Positions 1-46,720 of a stretch of 58,693 bases of DNA are shown one piece after another. This stretch comes from Paraspadella gotoi (Eukaryota > Animalia > Chaetognatha), in the NCBI GenBank assembly GCA_051294375.1, contig CM119266.1, positions 8,876,672-8,935,364 on the forward strand. Reading direction: 5' to 3'. A model generated the notes under the pieces. It searched no databases and was not told the DNA's origin. It saw only the letters and a program-made list of their open reading frames with translations. Position numbers and translations under genes: made by a program. Numbering within the stretch: position 1 is the first letter of the stretch; every line of letters begins with the position of its first letter.

Positions 1-1190
1 GTTCAAACTGCGCCTTATTGGACGGCGTCATACTTGTCTCATGGGAAGGACGTCATGATAATTGGCGAGTTAAAAAAAACTCTATTTTCTAACTCCTTTT
101 TTATCTTTTCAGTTTCTCTCTTTTCTGCCTTCCACCTCCCTTTCTTTATTTTTTCTTCCTAACTTCCTCTTCCCTTTCTACCCCCTTTCCGTCTTCCCAC
201 TTTCCTACCTTTCTTTTTATTATTTCCTCATTCTTTCTCTCATTCCTTTTCTCTTTTCTCACTCCCTTCTTCTCCTCCCTTCCTCCATTTCTCCCCCATT
301 CTCTCCCTTTCCTTTCCTCCCCCCTAAAAAAATCCCTTTCATTCTCTCATCTCACGCGTTTCTTATTTTTCTCCCCTCGTTGCCTTTTGTTTTTCTCGAG
401 GGAGTCGCGGTTTCGTTGACCCTGCCGGCAGAGGTCGAGTCCGACGCGCCGGTTTTGACTGCTGCGGGGCTGCGTCGGTCCGCTGCTGCTGCGGCGTCGA
501 AACCGGCGGCGTTGACAGCGTCGGCCTTCGTTTTTTTTTTCCGGCCTCGANNNNNNNNNNNNNNNNNNNNNNNNNNNNNNNNNNNNNNNNNNNNNNNNNN
601 NNNNNNNNNNNNNNNNNNNNNNNNNNNNNNNNNNNNNNNNNNNNNNNNNNNNNNNNNNNNNNNNNNNNNNNNNNNNNNNNNNNNNNNNNNNNNNNNNNNN
701 NNNNNNNNNNNNNNNNNNNNNNNNNNNNNNNNNNNNNNNNNNGGCGTGGCACATTTGCAACGCGTCGGGCAACTTCAAAACTCGGAAACGGACGAGTCGA
801 GAGAAACGTTTCCGCTTCGTTCCATTTTCCCGCCAACGCCAAACTCATCACGTGACTTTCGACAGCAATCGTTGTCGTCACGTGATCCACGATTGTTATT
901 GTTGTTGTCACGTGACTCTCGACTCTTATTGCTGTTCCTCCAACTCTACTTTCGTTTCAAGGCCGCAAAAAAAAAGCACCGAGAGTATACAATGTATACT
1001 ATGCAATGTATTATTATTTAATTTACCTTTAGTATACATACCACATAAGGTAAATTAAATAATAAGAGACGTCAGGCGTTGACCGGGGAATCAGGTGGTT
1101 ATCCTGACAGGCTTCCCCTTATTCACATCATTGCGCCAGTCTTTTTACTTCTCCTCATCAAATCCTCTTTTTTCCCAACCATTCCGACCG

Positions 1191-1273
<83 letters not shown>

Positions 1274-2494
1274 TTTTTAAAAATGTCCATTTGCAAGCAA
1301 AACGACCAATCATCTGCGAAACATCTTTTTGACAAGCGTCCGTTCGCGCGGGAAGATGGAAGGGACCGCTCGTCCGGCAGATCGGGCGGACGGATCGTCG
1401 GGCAGACCGACAGACCGGCCGCCCGACTGTCCGCCCGTTAAACCGGCAGAAACGCTTCTCGTTCGTCCTCATCCACTAACGTCACATGCTCCTGCGAGAA
1501 ACAAGTCGCGCGTATCACGTCATGTATTTCGTCGCAGAGAGAAGTCTTAGTACGTCTTTTACGTCGCGTATCACGGTTTCATTGTAGCGTAGCGTACTAT
1601 GTCATTAATCTCGTGTCATGTAGCGTAGCGTTCGCGCGCCTACAAATTTCATGTTTTTTTTTCCAATAAGAGAGAGAATACTCTCCCCAATCATCGTATC
1701 CCACCAGAGAGTCGGCGCCGCTTACGTTCCTTCTTAAACAGGAAGTCAACTCCTGCTCCNNNNNNNNNNNNNNNNNNNNNNNNNNNNNNNNNNNNNNNNN
1801 NNNNNNNNNNNNNNNNNNNNNNNNNNNNNNNNNNNNNNNNNNNNNNNNNNNNNNNNNNNNNNNNNNNNNNNNNNNNNNNNNNNNNNNNNNNNNNNNNNNN
1901 NNNNNNNNNNNNNNNNNNNNNNNNNNNNNNNNNNNNNNNNNNNNNNNNNNNNNNNNNNNNNNNNNNNNNNNNNNNNNNNNNNCCAGTAACGCTACTGTCT
2001 ACCAGGCCAACGATAATTCTTCATCTATTTTTAGAACAATATCCTTTGACAAATGCACTCCCGTTTGGATGGAAAAAGAAAGCGTGACAGATACTAGACT
2101 TTAATGAGGCGTTTCTTCTCACTTCTTTCATGTAATCTTCGCTCTGCTCGCATTTTTTTTAATCTTCCGCGGCTGGAGGCGACTCGATAAGAAGCCTTTT
2201 CGGTTTGTCGGTTTGTCTTTAAATATTATGGTACGAAAGCTTATTTAAAAGATTAGTTCGGCGAATGGAAAAGGAAAAATGAAAGGAGTAGCATCGGATA
2301 GAAACATACAAAAAAAAGAATTTGTGATTTTGAGAATCCCTAACACTAACGAAAAGGGAAAAAAATATATTGAAAAACATATATAAAAATCTAAAGCCGC
2401 GACGGATTGATCGCTGCAAAGCTTTCATTTTCTTTTCCTTTTTTTTTTCTTTCTTTTTTCTTTCTTTTTTCCTTTCATCCTGCCCTCTTCTCAC

Positions 2495-36437
<33,943 letters not shown>

Positions 36438-36655
36438 TTATTTTTTCTCCCGTTTTTGTGTGTGTGTNNNNNNNNNNNNNNNNNNNNNNNNNNNNNNNNN
36501 NNNNNNNNNNNNNNNNNNNNNNNNNNNNNNNNNNNNNNNNNNNNNNNNNNNNNNNNNNNNNNNNNNNNNNNNNNNNNNNNNNNNNNNNNNNNNNNNNNNN
36601 NNNNNNNNNNNNNNNNNNNNNNNNNNNNNNNNNNNNNNNNNNNNNNNNNCCTTTT

Positions 36656-36901
36656 TTATTTTTCGATTTCGACAGATTTGCCTTTTGTTTTTTTTCTTTC
36701 TAGATGACAGTAAGTTTTGTTTTTTGTTTTGATTTTTTTCTTATCTTTTTCTCGTGTGTGTGTGTGGTGAATGAGTTGTGTGTGAGGAAATTTGAATTTT
36801 TCCGCTGTTTTTGTTTCGACGGCGGAAAAGTCGTTTGATTTTACGCTTTCGCTTCTTCGCCGGAGACTTCGGTGTTTATGTCTTTTAGTCGTAAACCTCA
36901 T
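36656..36901 (-). CDS. Possible true N-terminus of the PIP5K1-like gene (MRFTTKRHKH...)
   Basis: ATG-initiated K/R-rich ORF running towards the N gap directly upstream of the 35635-36437 exon. Joining them needs homopolymer corrections and gap sequence. Confidence 0.35.
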   Translation of the reverse strand: MRFTTKRHKHRSLRRRSESVKSNDFSAVETKTAEKFKFPHTQLIHHTHTREKDKKKIKTKNKTYCHLERKKTKGKSVEIEK

Positions 36902-39900
36902 TATACTTTAACCGCAAGATATAAACATTGTCTGATACTGGATCTTATGAAATGCTGAAATATTTAAAGCTCTCCGAAGTAACCACATCTTTTAAAAAGA
37001 CAGATCATTCGCAATCGCGGTAGTACGAGTATCGAATTGTGTCTGAAGTTTTGTTTAGTTTTTAAAGCTGATGTCTATCGGTTTATCTTTTAGTCTGTAT
37101 TTATTGTCACTTAGTCAAAATAATTTACGTTTAAATCAACTTTGTTATATAAAAGAACATTTGCTTAATTTAACCAAAAAACCCTCATTCTCACAATTTC
37201 TTTCTCCCAAATCTTTCTAGTTCCTCGTTTTTTGTTTTATTTTCGCCGAAAAAAATTGGGAATAACAAAGGGAGACCACGACGACTCTTTTTGGTTATAG
37301 GGAATCGNNNNNNNNNNNNNNNNNNNNNNNNNNNNNNNNNNNNNNNNNNNNNNNNNNNNNNNNNNNNNNNNNNNNNNNNNNNNNNNNNNNNNNNNNNNNN
37401 NNNNNNNNNNNNNNNNNNNNNNNNNNNNNNNNNNNNNNNNNNNNNNNNNNNNNNNNNNNNNNNNNNNNNNNNNNNNNNNNNNNNNNNNNNNNNNNNNNNN
37501 NNNNNNNNNNNNNNNNNNNNNNNNNNNNNNNNNNNNNNNNNNNNNNNNNNNNNNNNNNNNNNNNNNNNNNNNNNNNNTCGTGGCCAAGTCGGTGAAGGGG
37601 AATTTGCGAAGGCCAAACACCAGAGTGTCGAGATCATGAAGTCTGCTGGAGATTTCTTTTTTTCTTTTCATCGTCCTCGAAAAAGGTCAAGGAGGTCAAA
37701 AGGTTCAGAAAGGTCAAGGAGGTCGCGAAAGTGGGAAGGGTCGTCGGGGATCGTCCGCGTCAAAGATCTACGAGGTCGATTTCTGAGAAAAGAGTCACAA
37801 AAGGATTCCATTTGGGAGAAAAAAAAGAGGAAGATGAGAAAAATAAAAAAAGGTTTCTCGCNNNNNNNNNNNNNNNNNNNNNNNNNNNNNNNNNNNNNNN
37901 NNNNNNNNNNNNNNNNNNNNNNNNNNNNNNNNNNNNNNNNNNNNNNNNNNNNNNNNNNNNNNNNNNNNNNNNNNNNNNNNNNNNNNNNNNNNNNNNNNNN
38001 NNNNNNNNNNNNNNNNNNNNNNNNNNNNNNNNNNNNNNNNNNNNNNNNNNNNNNNNNNNNNNNNNNNNNNNNNNNNNNNNNNNNNNNNNNTTGATTGTTG
38101 ATTGTTTACTGTTGTGGCTCTGTTGACTGTTGTTGACGGTCGAAAGCTGACCGTTCGTCTTTGTCGTGGCGACACAAAGAGAAGGAATGAATTATGACTC
38201 TGCATCTATGTATGTAGGTCCATGTATGCGATATGATATTTAGTTATTTATTACGTATTCCGTTACGATTCCATTACACATGTCAGTGTTGTTCGAGCTA
38301 TTTTTTTCCTTAAATTAAATTCATATTAATCATCATTCTTTTAATCTTTTCAACCTAGTATCTCAACTCTATATATCTTTTTTAATTATCTTTTTTCTAT
38401 TTTTTTCTGTTTCTCATTTTTTTGTTACTTCTATCAGTTCAGAAGTAAAATACGGATGTCCTTTGAAATCTAACACATTTTTCTCTTTAATGCCATAACT
38501 CATTATACCATAACTCATTATGTCATCACTCATTATGCCATCTCTCTTTATCTCTTCCTTTCATTTCCAACCTCAATTCATTTTTTTCCCGCGAGACTCA
38601 ATCTCATCGAATGACCATCATCCTCATTATCATTCTCATCTAGTCGAGATGAGATCATCAACCGTCAAATCATNNNNNNNNNNNNNNNNNNNNNNNNNNN
38701 NNNNNNNNNNNNNNNNNNNNNNNNNNNNNNNNNNNNNNNNNNNNNNNNNNNNNNNNNNNNNNNNNNNNNNNNNNNNNNNNNNNNNNNNNNNNNNNNNNNN
38801 NNNNNNNNNNNNNNNNNNNNNNNNNNNNNNNNNNNNNNNNNNNNNNNNNNNNNNNNNNNNNNNNTTTTTTTTAAGTAAGAATGTTAAAAATGATTTAATA
38901 TTGAATATAAACTTCTTTATTTATTAGTAATTAATGCTGAATTGTTATTAATACTCTACATGTTTGTCGAATTCATTTGTAAACATTGTTCTTCATTTTG
39001 TATAAGACGAATAAAAAACTAACCGCAAAGATAAGTTTAATTACAGGTGTTTCGTTCTCATGTCATCTTTGTCTCTTGATGTACCTTTTTTTGGAGAAAG
39101 TATGGTTTAATAGTTTTTTTTTTTTGCTAAAAAAATATTTTACTTACATCGTACACCATAAGTCTCTATCCGCCGAAAACAGAATAAGTAAAGGATTTCA
39201 ATTTGCTGACCCATAAAATTGTCTCGTACAACGGAGTGGGAAGAGAGACTGTTAGCTATCGGGAAAANNNNNNNNNNNNNNNNNNNNNNNNNNNNNNNNN
39301 NNNNNNNNNNNNNNNNNNNNNNNNNNNNNNNNNNNNNNNNNNNNNNNNNNNNNNNNNNNNNNNNNNNNNNNNNNNNNNNNNNNNNNNNNNNNNNNNNNNN
39401 NNNNNNNNNNNNNNNNNNNNNNNNNNNNNNNNNNNNNNNNNNNNNNNNNNNNNNNNNNNNNNNNNNNNNNNNNNNNNNNNNNNNNNNNNNNNNNNNNNNN
39501 NNNNNNNNNNNNNNNNNNNNNNNNNNNNNNNNNNNNNNNNNNNNNNNNNNNNNNNNNNNNNNNNNNNNNNNNNNNNNNNNNNNNNNNNNNNNNNNNNNNN
39601 NNNNNNNNNNNNNNNNNNNNNNNNNNNNNNNNNNNNNNNNNNNNNNNNNNNNNNNNNNNNNNNNNNNNNNNNNNNNNNNNNNNNNNNNNNNNNNNNNNNN
39701 NNNNNNNNNNNNNNNNNNNNNNNNNNNNNNNNNNNNNNNNNNNNNNNNNNNNNNNNNNNNNNNNNNNNNNNNNNNNNNNNNNNNNNNNNNNNNNNNNNNN
39801 NNNNNNNNNNNNNNNNNNNNNNNNNNNNNNNNNNNNNNNNNNNNNNNNNNNNNNNNNNNNNNNNNNNNNNNNNNNNNNNNNNNNNNNNNNNNNNNNNNNN

Positions 39901-42235
39901 NNNNNNNNNNNNNNNNNNNNNNNNNNNNNNNNNNNNNNNNNNNNNNNNNNNNNNNNNNNNNNNNNNNNNNNNNNNNNNNNNNNNNNNNNNNNNNNNNNNN
40001 NNNNNNNNNNNNNNNNNNNNNNNNNNNNNNNNACTTTCGAGTTCCTTTGTAGTGATCTTCGAAGGAAAGAGGTTGATATGATATGGAGAGATGATAGGAT
40101 AGGGAGAGATGATGGGAAGAGATGAATTTTAGAGTATTGAACCAATGAAAGATAAAAGCGAACATAATCTCTTCATTCATTTTACTTTGTTACCTAAGAT
40201 TTACCGGAAGGTATGCAATAAGCTAATTAGTATTCTAGTATAGTATAGTATAGTAAAGCATAGTATAGAATAGTACATTAATCTTATTTGATATTATGAA
40301 AATAAAATTAATTTTAACAACAGTGAAACGAATTATGAAAGAGTTAGAGCCGCATCATCAGATAAAACAGCAAGAGCCGTAGAAACCGGGAGAACCGTTG
40401 CGGTCGCAGGAGCCCCTCGTGCTGCTGCAAGCGTCGGAGCCGCTGGAGCCGCGGCAGCCGCTGAAGTTGCAGGATAACCGAGTCGCTGGCGGAAGATATC
40501 GAGTTATACTCGAGTTCCTCTCGATGGGAGGGCGATAGAGAGTTTTAGGGAGGGCAGGAAAGGGGGGGGCGCTCCGTGGCGAAATTGTGAATGTAATTAT
40601 CTGAGGAGATTAGCGCTGGCGCTGCTAGCGGCAAAGAATGTTCAAATTTGGCTGAATGAGAACAGCTGGAAGTATAAATGCATTAGTTAGTAGTTTAGAC
40701 CCTCGCCGATTGAATTTGCGATATAGTGAATGGACCGAATGGAGTCAGTGTGTGAGTGTACGCCGTCTATGGGAGTGGCGGCATAAAAGCCCACGCTACG
40801 CCTTTACTTATATCTCACGATACGACACACTGCACGATACTCCACGCAGCAGCGTCTCGGTCCAAACGCCGCGCTGCCGCGTCGCAGCTCCGCAATTCCC
40901 CGACGACTCGGGCACCCGCTGCGCGACGAAGTCTTTTCATCGTTATTTACTGTCGCTTATTTTCATTCGGGTCAAAGGTTAGATTTTTTAGACAAGAGAA
41001 AGATGGACTTTCGATTTGGGAGAAAAATTGCGGGGGCAGATAAAAGAAAAAAGGGCAAGAAAATAAAAATAGATTCAAAGTTATATGTAGCAAAGTTAGA
41101 GATACATTAATTATTCTTAAGTGTTCGGACTTTGCTTCATTCTGAGAAATCTTAAGATATTTCTGAAAAATCCTGAAATATCTCTAAGAAATCTTGGTTT
41201 CCATGGTTTTTTTCCATACCCTTTCTCTCAACATCGGCGACTCCAACGAAATCCAATCAATTTTCCCAACCATTCGCCATCTTTTACGGGTTTTCGTCGC
41301 TTCGCCTTTTGCCATCATTTACGGTTTCTTCTTTCTTCCCCATCGCCATTTTTTCTTCTTCCATTTCTCTCAACTCTTCATCTCCCTCCCCCCCTTCCGA
41401 CCGCCCCCCGCCCCCCCCCCATTCTTGTGATATATACTCGTGCGATTTCTCTTCCAACTTCATTGATATCAACGACGCCCCCTTTTCTGCTGTCATCCTC
41501 ACCTCACATCTTTCCTTTGTACCTCTTTTCACGCTTCTCGTTCACAGCGATTTCCGTGAGGGCAGAAGGCAAATCATTCGCCTCACAAACAAAAAGGTGC
41601 GAGGTTCCAGCCCGGTGTCCGCTTAACAGACAAGTGGGACGGATTAGGTAACGCCTGAAGCTCAGCGGACTGCTAAGATATCCAAAAAAAAAACTCATTA
41701 ATTCATAACAATTATTTTGACTTTTCAACACTGTAATTTTTTTCAAATTTCATATTTATCCAACTACCATTTTCTTTAATTCTTCCCTTTTCTCTCTTAA
41801 TTTCAAAAACCTTTTTTCCCCCTTTTTGTCCCAACCCATCCTTTCCAGCCCTGACCCTCAGTACCTCGCCCATCTTTCCCATTTTCTGTCCAGCAACGGA
41901 TCACATTTCTCCCCCCCTCTTTTCTCACGCCGTCACCTGTGACGCTTCCCCCCCGGGCGCAGGTTGCCAACGTCACCTGGCGTCATCGCCCGCGCCAACA
42001 AATCAAGTTTCCCTGCGCGGTCGCACTGAACGAAGGGCAGTCGCAGTCGAGTTTTCCCTCGTGTAACGAGCAGAGAGGAGCTCGGGGCAGGTTGGGGTGG
42101 GGGTAGAAGGGGTTGGGAGTTGAGGGGGTAGAGGGGGTTGGGGTGGGCGGGTAGAAGGTGTGGGTGGGGAGAAGTGATGTCAAGTTGTCGACCGATGCTG
42201 AGAAATGAGGAGAAGTTAATGAATGAGAGAGGGAG

Positions 42236-44850
42236 CAAGGGAGAGAGAAAAGAGAGAGAAGAAAGAAGAAAGTTTGAGAACTGATGACAAAATACTTGTT
42301 AAAGAGCTGCAACCTTACTAAGTGTGAGCACTGAGTACCAATCTGCACTGTCAGAGAATGCAAAATGCCAGAATTGCCCAGGCGCCCTGCCTTGATTCTC
42401 TTCTGTAAATTCTCTATTTTTCCGGTGCAGGTCACGTGACGTCTCACCGGTCAACGATCGGTTGAGTGACCTCGAGACGACCTTCCGGGTCACTGCCTCA
42501 CTTTCAGCCGCATTTTTAGATTAGATTCACTTTGTTCGGTTTCGGCGTATACGGCGAATTGCTTGAAATATGTAAATAATAAACATTCAGCATTTAACAT
42601 AGCCATATTTTATTAACAACGTACACGAACAAATGTAGATGGACCTTAAAGTGTTTGTAAAACAAAGTCGTTTTGACCGTCAAGGCACAATAAGAAAACC
42701 AATTAATAGCTAATAAAAAAAATGGTTTCATCATTGTTTTCCTTCTCTTTTCTCTTTATTTACTTTAGTCTCTTTTAATTATTGTGAGAAAAACTCATTG
42801 CCGTCGCGAGAGGGAAAAAATCTCGGACGTCACTGCAGAAAAGCAAAAGAGAGAGAGAGAGATGAATTGGTTAAGAACCCGCAAATTGTATGAAGAAGTC
42901 CTTGGGACCCCTGGTTAAGAAAAAGAGACCACGAGAGTAGACGAGAGAGAGATCCGAAAGTCGATTCCATAAAGCAAGAAGAAAGATAAAGAAGAGAGAA
43001 GAGAGAGCAGACGAGAGAGGAAGACAGACAGAACAGACAGACAGACAAGACAGAACAAGACCAGACCGCGGCTCGCACCACTAGGTCACCCGAGGACAAA
43101 ATTAGCCTCTCATAACGCGATTACAGTTTACAGTGCCATTCAAAGGATGCAACGTCTTATAAATCACGTGACACGGCCTCCAAAAATAATAAACAGAAAA
43201 CCCTCGCATAATAGTGAAGACGCCTCCAAAATCAGTTTTTGTAATTGCGGCGCGCGCCTTGACGTGGATTCAAACAGTTGAATCGAGGATAATCGAGTTA
43301 GTCGTCCTCCCCAAAAGGAAGAGCATCCACAGGGTGCGAATTGGATCGCCAAGCTTTGCCTCGCTGCACCGAGAAAAAACCTATGCTATGGAAAAAAAAT
43401 AAAAATAAAATAAATAAAATAAATAAATAGAAAAGTAAAATAAATAAACCACTAAATAAATAAATAGGAATAAATAAAACCTAAATACCAATAGAGAATA
43501 AATAAATCAAATAAATATATATTTATAAATCCAGTAATACTATCTAATCCAATATATTTAACCTANNNNNNNNNNNNNNNNNNNNNNNNNAGAGGGAGAG
43601 AGAGAAGAAGAAGAAAGTTTGGCGATGACACAAATACTTGTTAAAGAGGCTGAACCTTACTAAGTGTGAGCACTGAGTACCAAATCTGCACTTGTCAGAG
43701 AATGCCAAAATGCCAGATTGCCAGGCTGCCATATCTCTCTGTGAAATTCTCTATTTTTCCGTTGCAGGTCACGTGAACGTCTCACGGTCAACGATTCGGT
43801 GAGTGACCTCGAGACGACCTCGGGTCATCCGCCTCACTTTCACGCGCATTTTTAGATTAGATTCACTTTGTTCGTTTCGGGTATACGGGAATTGCTTGAA
43901 ATATGTAATAAAAAACATTCAGATTAACATAGCCATATTGTAATTTAACAACGTAAACGAACAAATGTAGATGGACCTTAAAGTGTTTGTAAAACAAAGT
44001 CGTTTTGACCGTCAAAGACAATAAAGAAAACAATAATAGTAATAAAAAAAATGGTTTTCATTTTGTTTTCCTCTTCTTTTTCTCTTTATTTACTTTAGTC
44101 TTCTTTTGAATTATGTGAGAAAAACTCATTGCCGTCGCGAGAGGAAAAANNNNNNNNNNNNNNNNNNNNNNNNNACAAACATTCAGATTAACATAGCCAT
44201 ATTTAATTTAACAACGTACACGAACAAAATGTAGAATGGACCTTAAAGTGTTTGTAAAACAAAGTCGTTTTGACCGTCAAGGAGAACAATATAGAAAACA
44301 ATAAATAGCTAATAAAAAAAATGGGTTTCTCATTTGGTTTTCCTTCTCTTTTTTCTCTTTAATTTACTTTAGTCTCTTTTAATTAATTGTGAGAAAAACT
44401 CATTGCCGTCGCGAGAGGAGAAAAAATCTCGGACGTCACGCAGAAAAGAAAGAAGAGAGAGAGAGATGAGATTGGAAGAACGCAAATGTATGAGAGAAGC
44501 GGATGGTTAAGAAAGGCCACGAGGTCGAGAGAGAGAGAAAGTCGATTCTAAGCAAGAAGAAAGATAGAGAGAGAAGAGCAGACGAGAAGACAGAGACAGA
44601 CAGACAGACCGGACTCGACTGGTCCCCGAGGATCAAACGGATTACAGTACAGTGCCATTCAGGAGGCAACGTCTTAAATCACGTGACACGGCTCCATTCG
44701 AATCGATATGTGAACGTAAAAGTTTTTTTCCGCCTTCGTGATTCAACAGTGAATCGAGGATAATCGAGTTGATCGCCTCCCAAAAGGAGAACAGATGGCG
44801 TTGATCGCCGTTGCTGCACAAAAATATCTAAAAAATAAATAAATAAATAA
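42236..44850. repeat. Local duplications: 42236-43420 repeated as 43591-44149 and 44175-44850
   Basis: The same text (AACCTTACTAAGTGTGAGCACTGAGTACCAA; AAAACAAAGTCGTTTTGACCGTCAA three times) restarts after each 25-N gap; copies differ mainly by indels. Confidence 0.9.
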
Positions 44851-45633
44851 ATAAATATTTAAAAATCAAACATCGGTTGGTCGGTCTCTCTATTTATATT
44901 ATGATTCACAAAATACTTGATCATTTTAATTTTGAGCTTCAAAATTGAGGACAGGATAATGATGTAATTACCTTGTGAATTTTAATACAGTTTTTTTTTG
45001 TGCAAAAAGTTTATCTGGAGCGACAGCCGGGAATTACGGTTCCTTCTTTTTATATTTTTTTTCCCTTGATTTGGGTGGGATAAGGCGCTTTAAAGAAATA
45101 ACCATTGACTAATGCCCAGTATTTATTTTTACCCTCCTCCCCCCATCCGTCTCACGAGGTCAGTCGTTTTCAGGTCGAGTCATTCCGACTTATTACTTTA
45201 TTACTTCCCTCCTCCTAAATAACTTCACTTATGCCTACAAACGACGAGGAATTAACCACCTCATTCCTTTCCTCCTTTCGCTAAGTCTTTCATTTTCTCC
45301 TGGAGGGGGGGCGCGAGGGGGGCGGCCGGTATTCCCTTGAAAAGGATTTTTTTTCTTCCTCAAAGGAGTTCATTCATTATCCGAATTCGTGCGACCCCCC
45401 CCTCTCTCTCTCTCTCTCTCCATACCTACTCTCTCTCTCTCTCTCTTTATATCTTTTTTGGTCTTCTCTTTCTGGTCATTTTTATTTGGCTTATCTTCTC
45501 TCCGCTACCTTTATAGTGGCTTTTTATTTTCTGTTTTCTCTCAATCTCCCGGTTAGTTGTTTTAGGCTTATCTTTATGTTTTTTTTTTTCATCCCAACCA
45601 GCTTATCACGTTCATTTTTTTTCGTTTATGCAG

Positions 45634-45818
45634 ACCTTTCAACCGCGTTTGAAGAACTTAGCTTTTCCACGCCCATATCAATATTCATATCTTCAGCTTT
45701 CGATTGATGAAATCAAAGAAAACACTTCCTTCGCCGGAAGCGAAATAAACGAGTTTCTTTTGTTTCTCATTCACGGGATCGACATTCGATCTGCTGCCTT
45801 TGTTCGCCTTCGATTGAC
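45634..45818 (+). CDS. Candidate internal exon of an unidentified plus-strand gene
   Basis: Polypyrimidine tract plus ttatgcAG acceptor, 185-nt open frame TFQPRLKNLAFPRPYQYSYLQLSIDEIKENTSFAGSEINEFLLFLIHGIDIRSAAFVRLRL(T), donor AC|GTGAGA. No recognised domain. Confidence 0.45.
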
Positions 45819-46394
45819 GTGAGAGTTGAACAACTCGCCACTCTTTATTTTAAAAAAAGTGTGTTAAAAAATAAAAAACGTAAAATATTAAGAAGAAAAA
45901 AGGAAAAAGAAAAAAGAAAATAAAAGAAAAGCATGAAGAATACTAGAAAATAAGAGAGAGAGAGAGACTCACGCAGAGACGGAGCTGTCAACTAAAAAAT
46001 CCTTTTAACTTTGTCTCCAAATTCATAACGCTATCCTCTTATCTTCATCACTCTTGTCTCGATTTAATCCCCCAGAACGAAAAACTCCTATTTTTTTCTG
46101 CAATGCAAATCTTCCATTCTCCACACTGTGGATCTAAATAAAGACCCAGGCGGTTAAAGGCGTTTCTTACACACAGAGAAAGTCTCAATATAAGATATTG
46201 AAAGTGATATTAGGTCTCTAAAGTTTTAAGCGATTCTAAAATTTGGTACAGGACTTTGAACTACTATAATTAAAAAAATCATTATTACCAAATAAAACAA
46301 TTTTTGACTTTAACAATGATTGAATCGCTGTGACATGACTCATTTTAATAATTCTTTCTCGCGACGACCAGATCATCGCTCTCAGCCAAAAAAC

Positions 46395-46720
46395 CCTATT
46401 GGTTCACCCTTTGGTTTCCCCCATTGGTTTTCCCCATTCGTTCCCCGCATTGACTTACCCCCCAATGGTTCCCCGCAATGGTTCCCCCCATTGGTTTCCA
46501 CCCATTGGTTCCCCCATTGGTTTCTCCATTGGTTCCGCCCATTGGTTTCTTCCATTGGTTCCCCCATTGGGTTCCCTCATTGGTCTTTCCCCATTTATTC
46601 CCCATCTGTTACTACAATTGGTTACCCCCAATGAAGTTACCCAAATTGTTCCTCCATTGGTTTCCCCCATTGGTTTTTCCATTGGTTTTCCCCATTTATT
46701 TCCCCATTGGTGTCCCCTAT
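46395..46720 (+). repeat. Satellite-like array of about 12-13-bp units (TTCCCCCATTGG)
   Basis: Many CCATTGGTT cores; source of several spurious ORFs. Confidence 0.9.

Noticed and set aside
1-80. Minus-strand DKYDAV as the next PIP5K exon
   Set aside because: Immediate stop codon, no suitable phase-1 acceptor and no MDYSLL motif.
45655-45702. Minus-strand CTGAAGA..GAAA hammerhead-like core
   Set aside because: Stem I and III do not pair, and it overlaps a plausible plus-strand exon.
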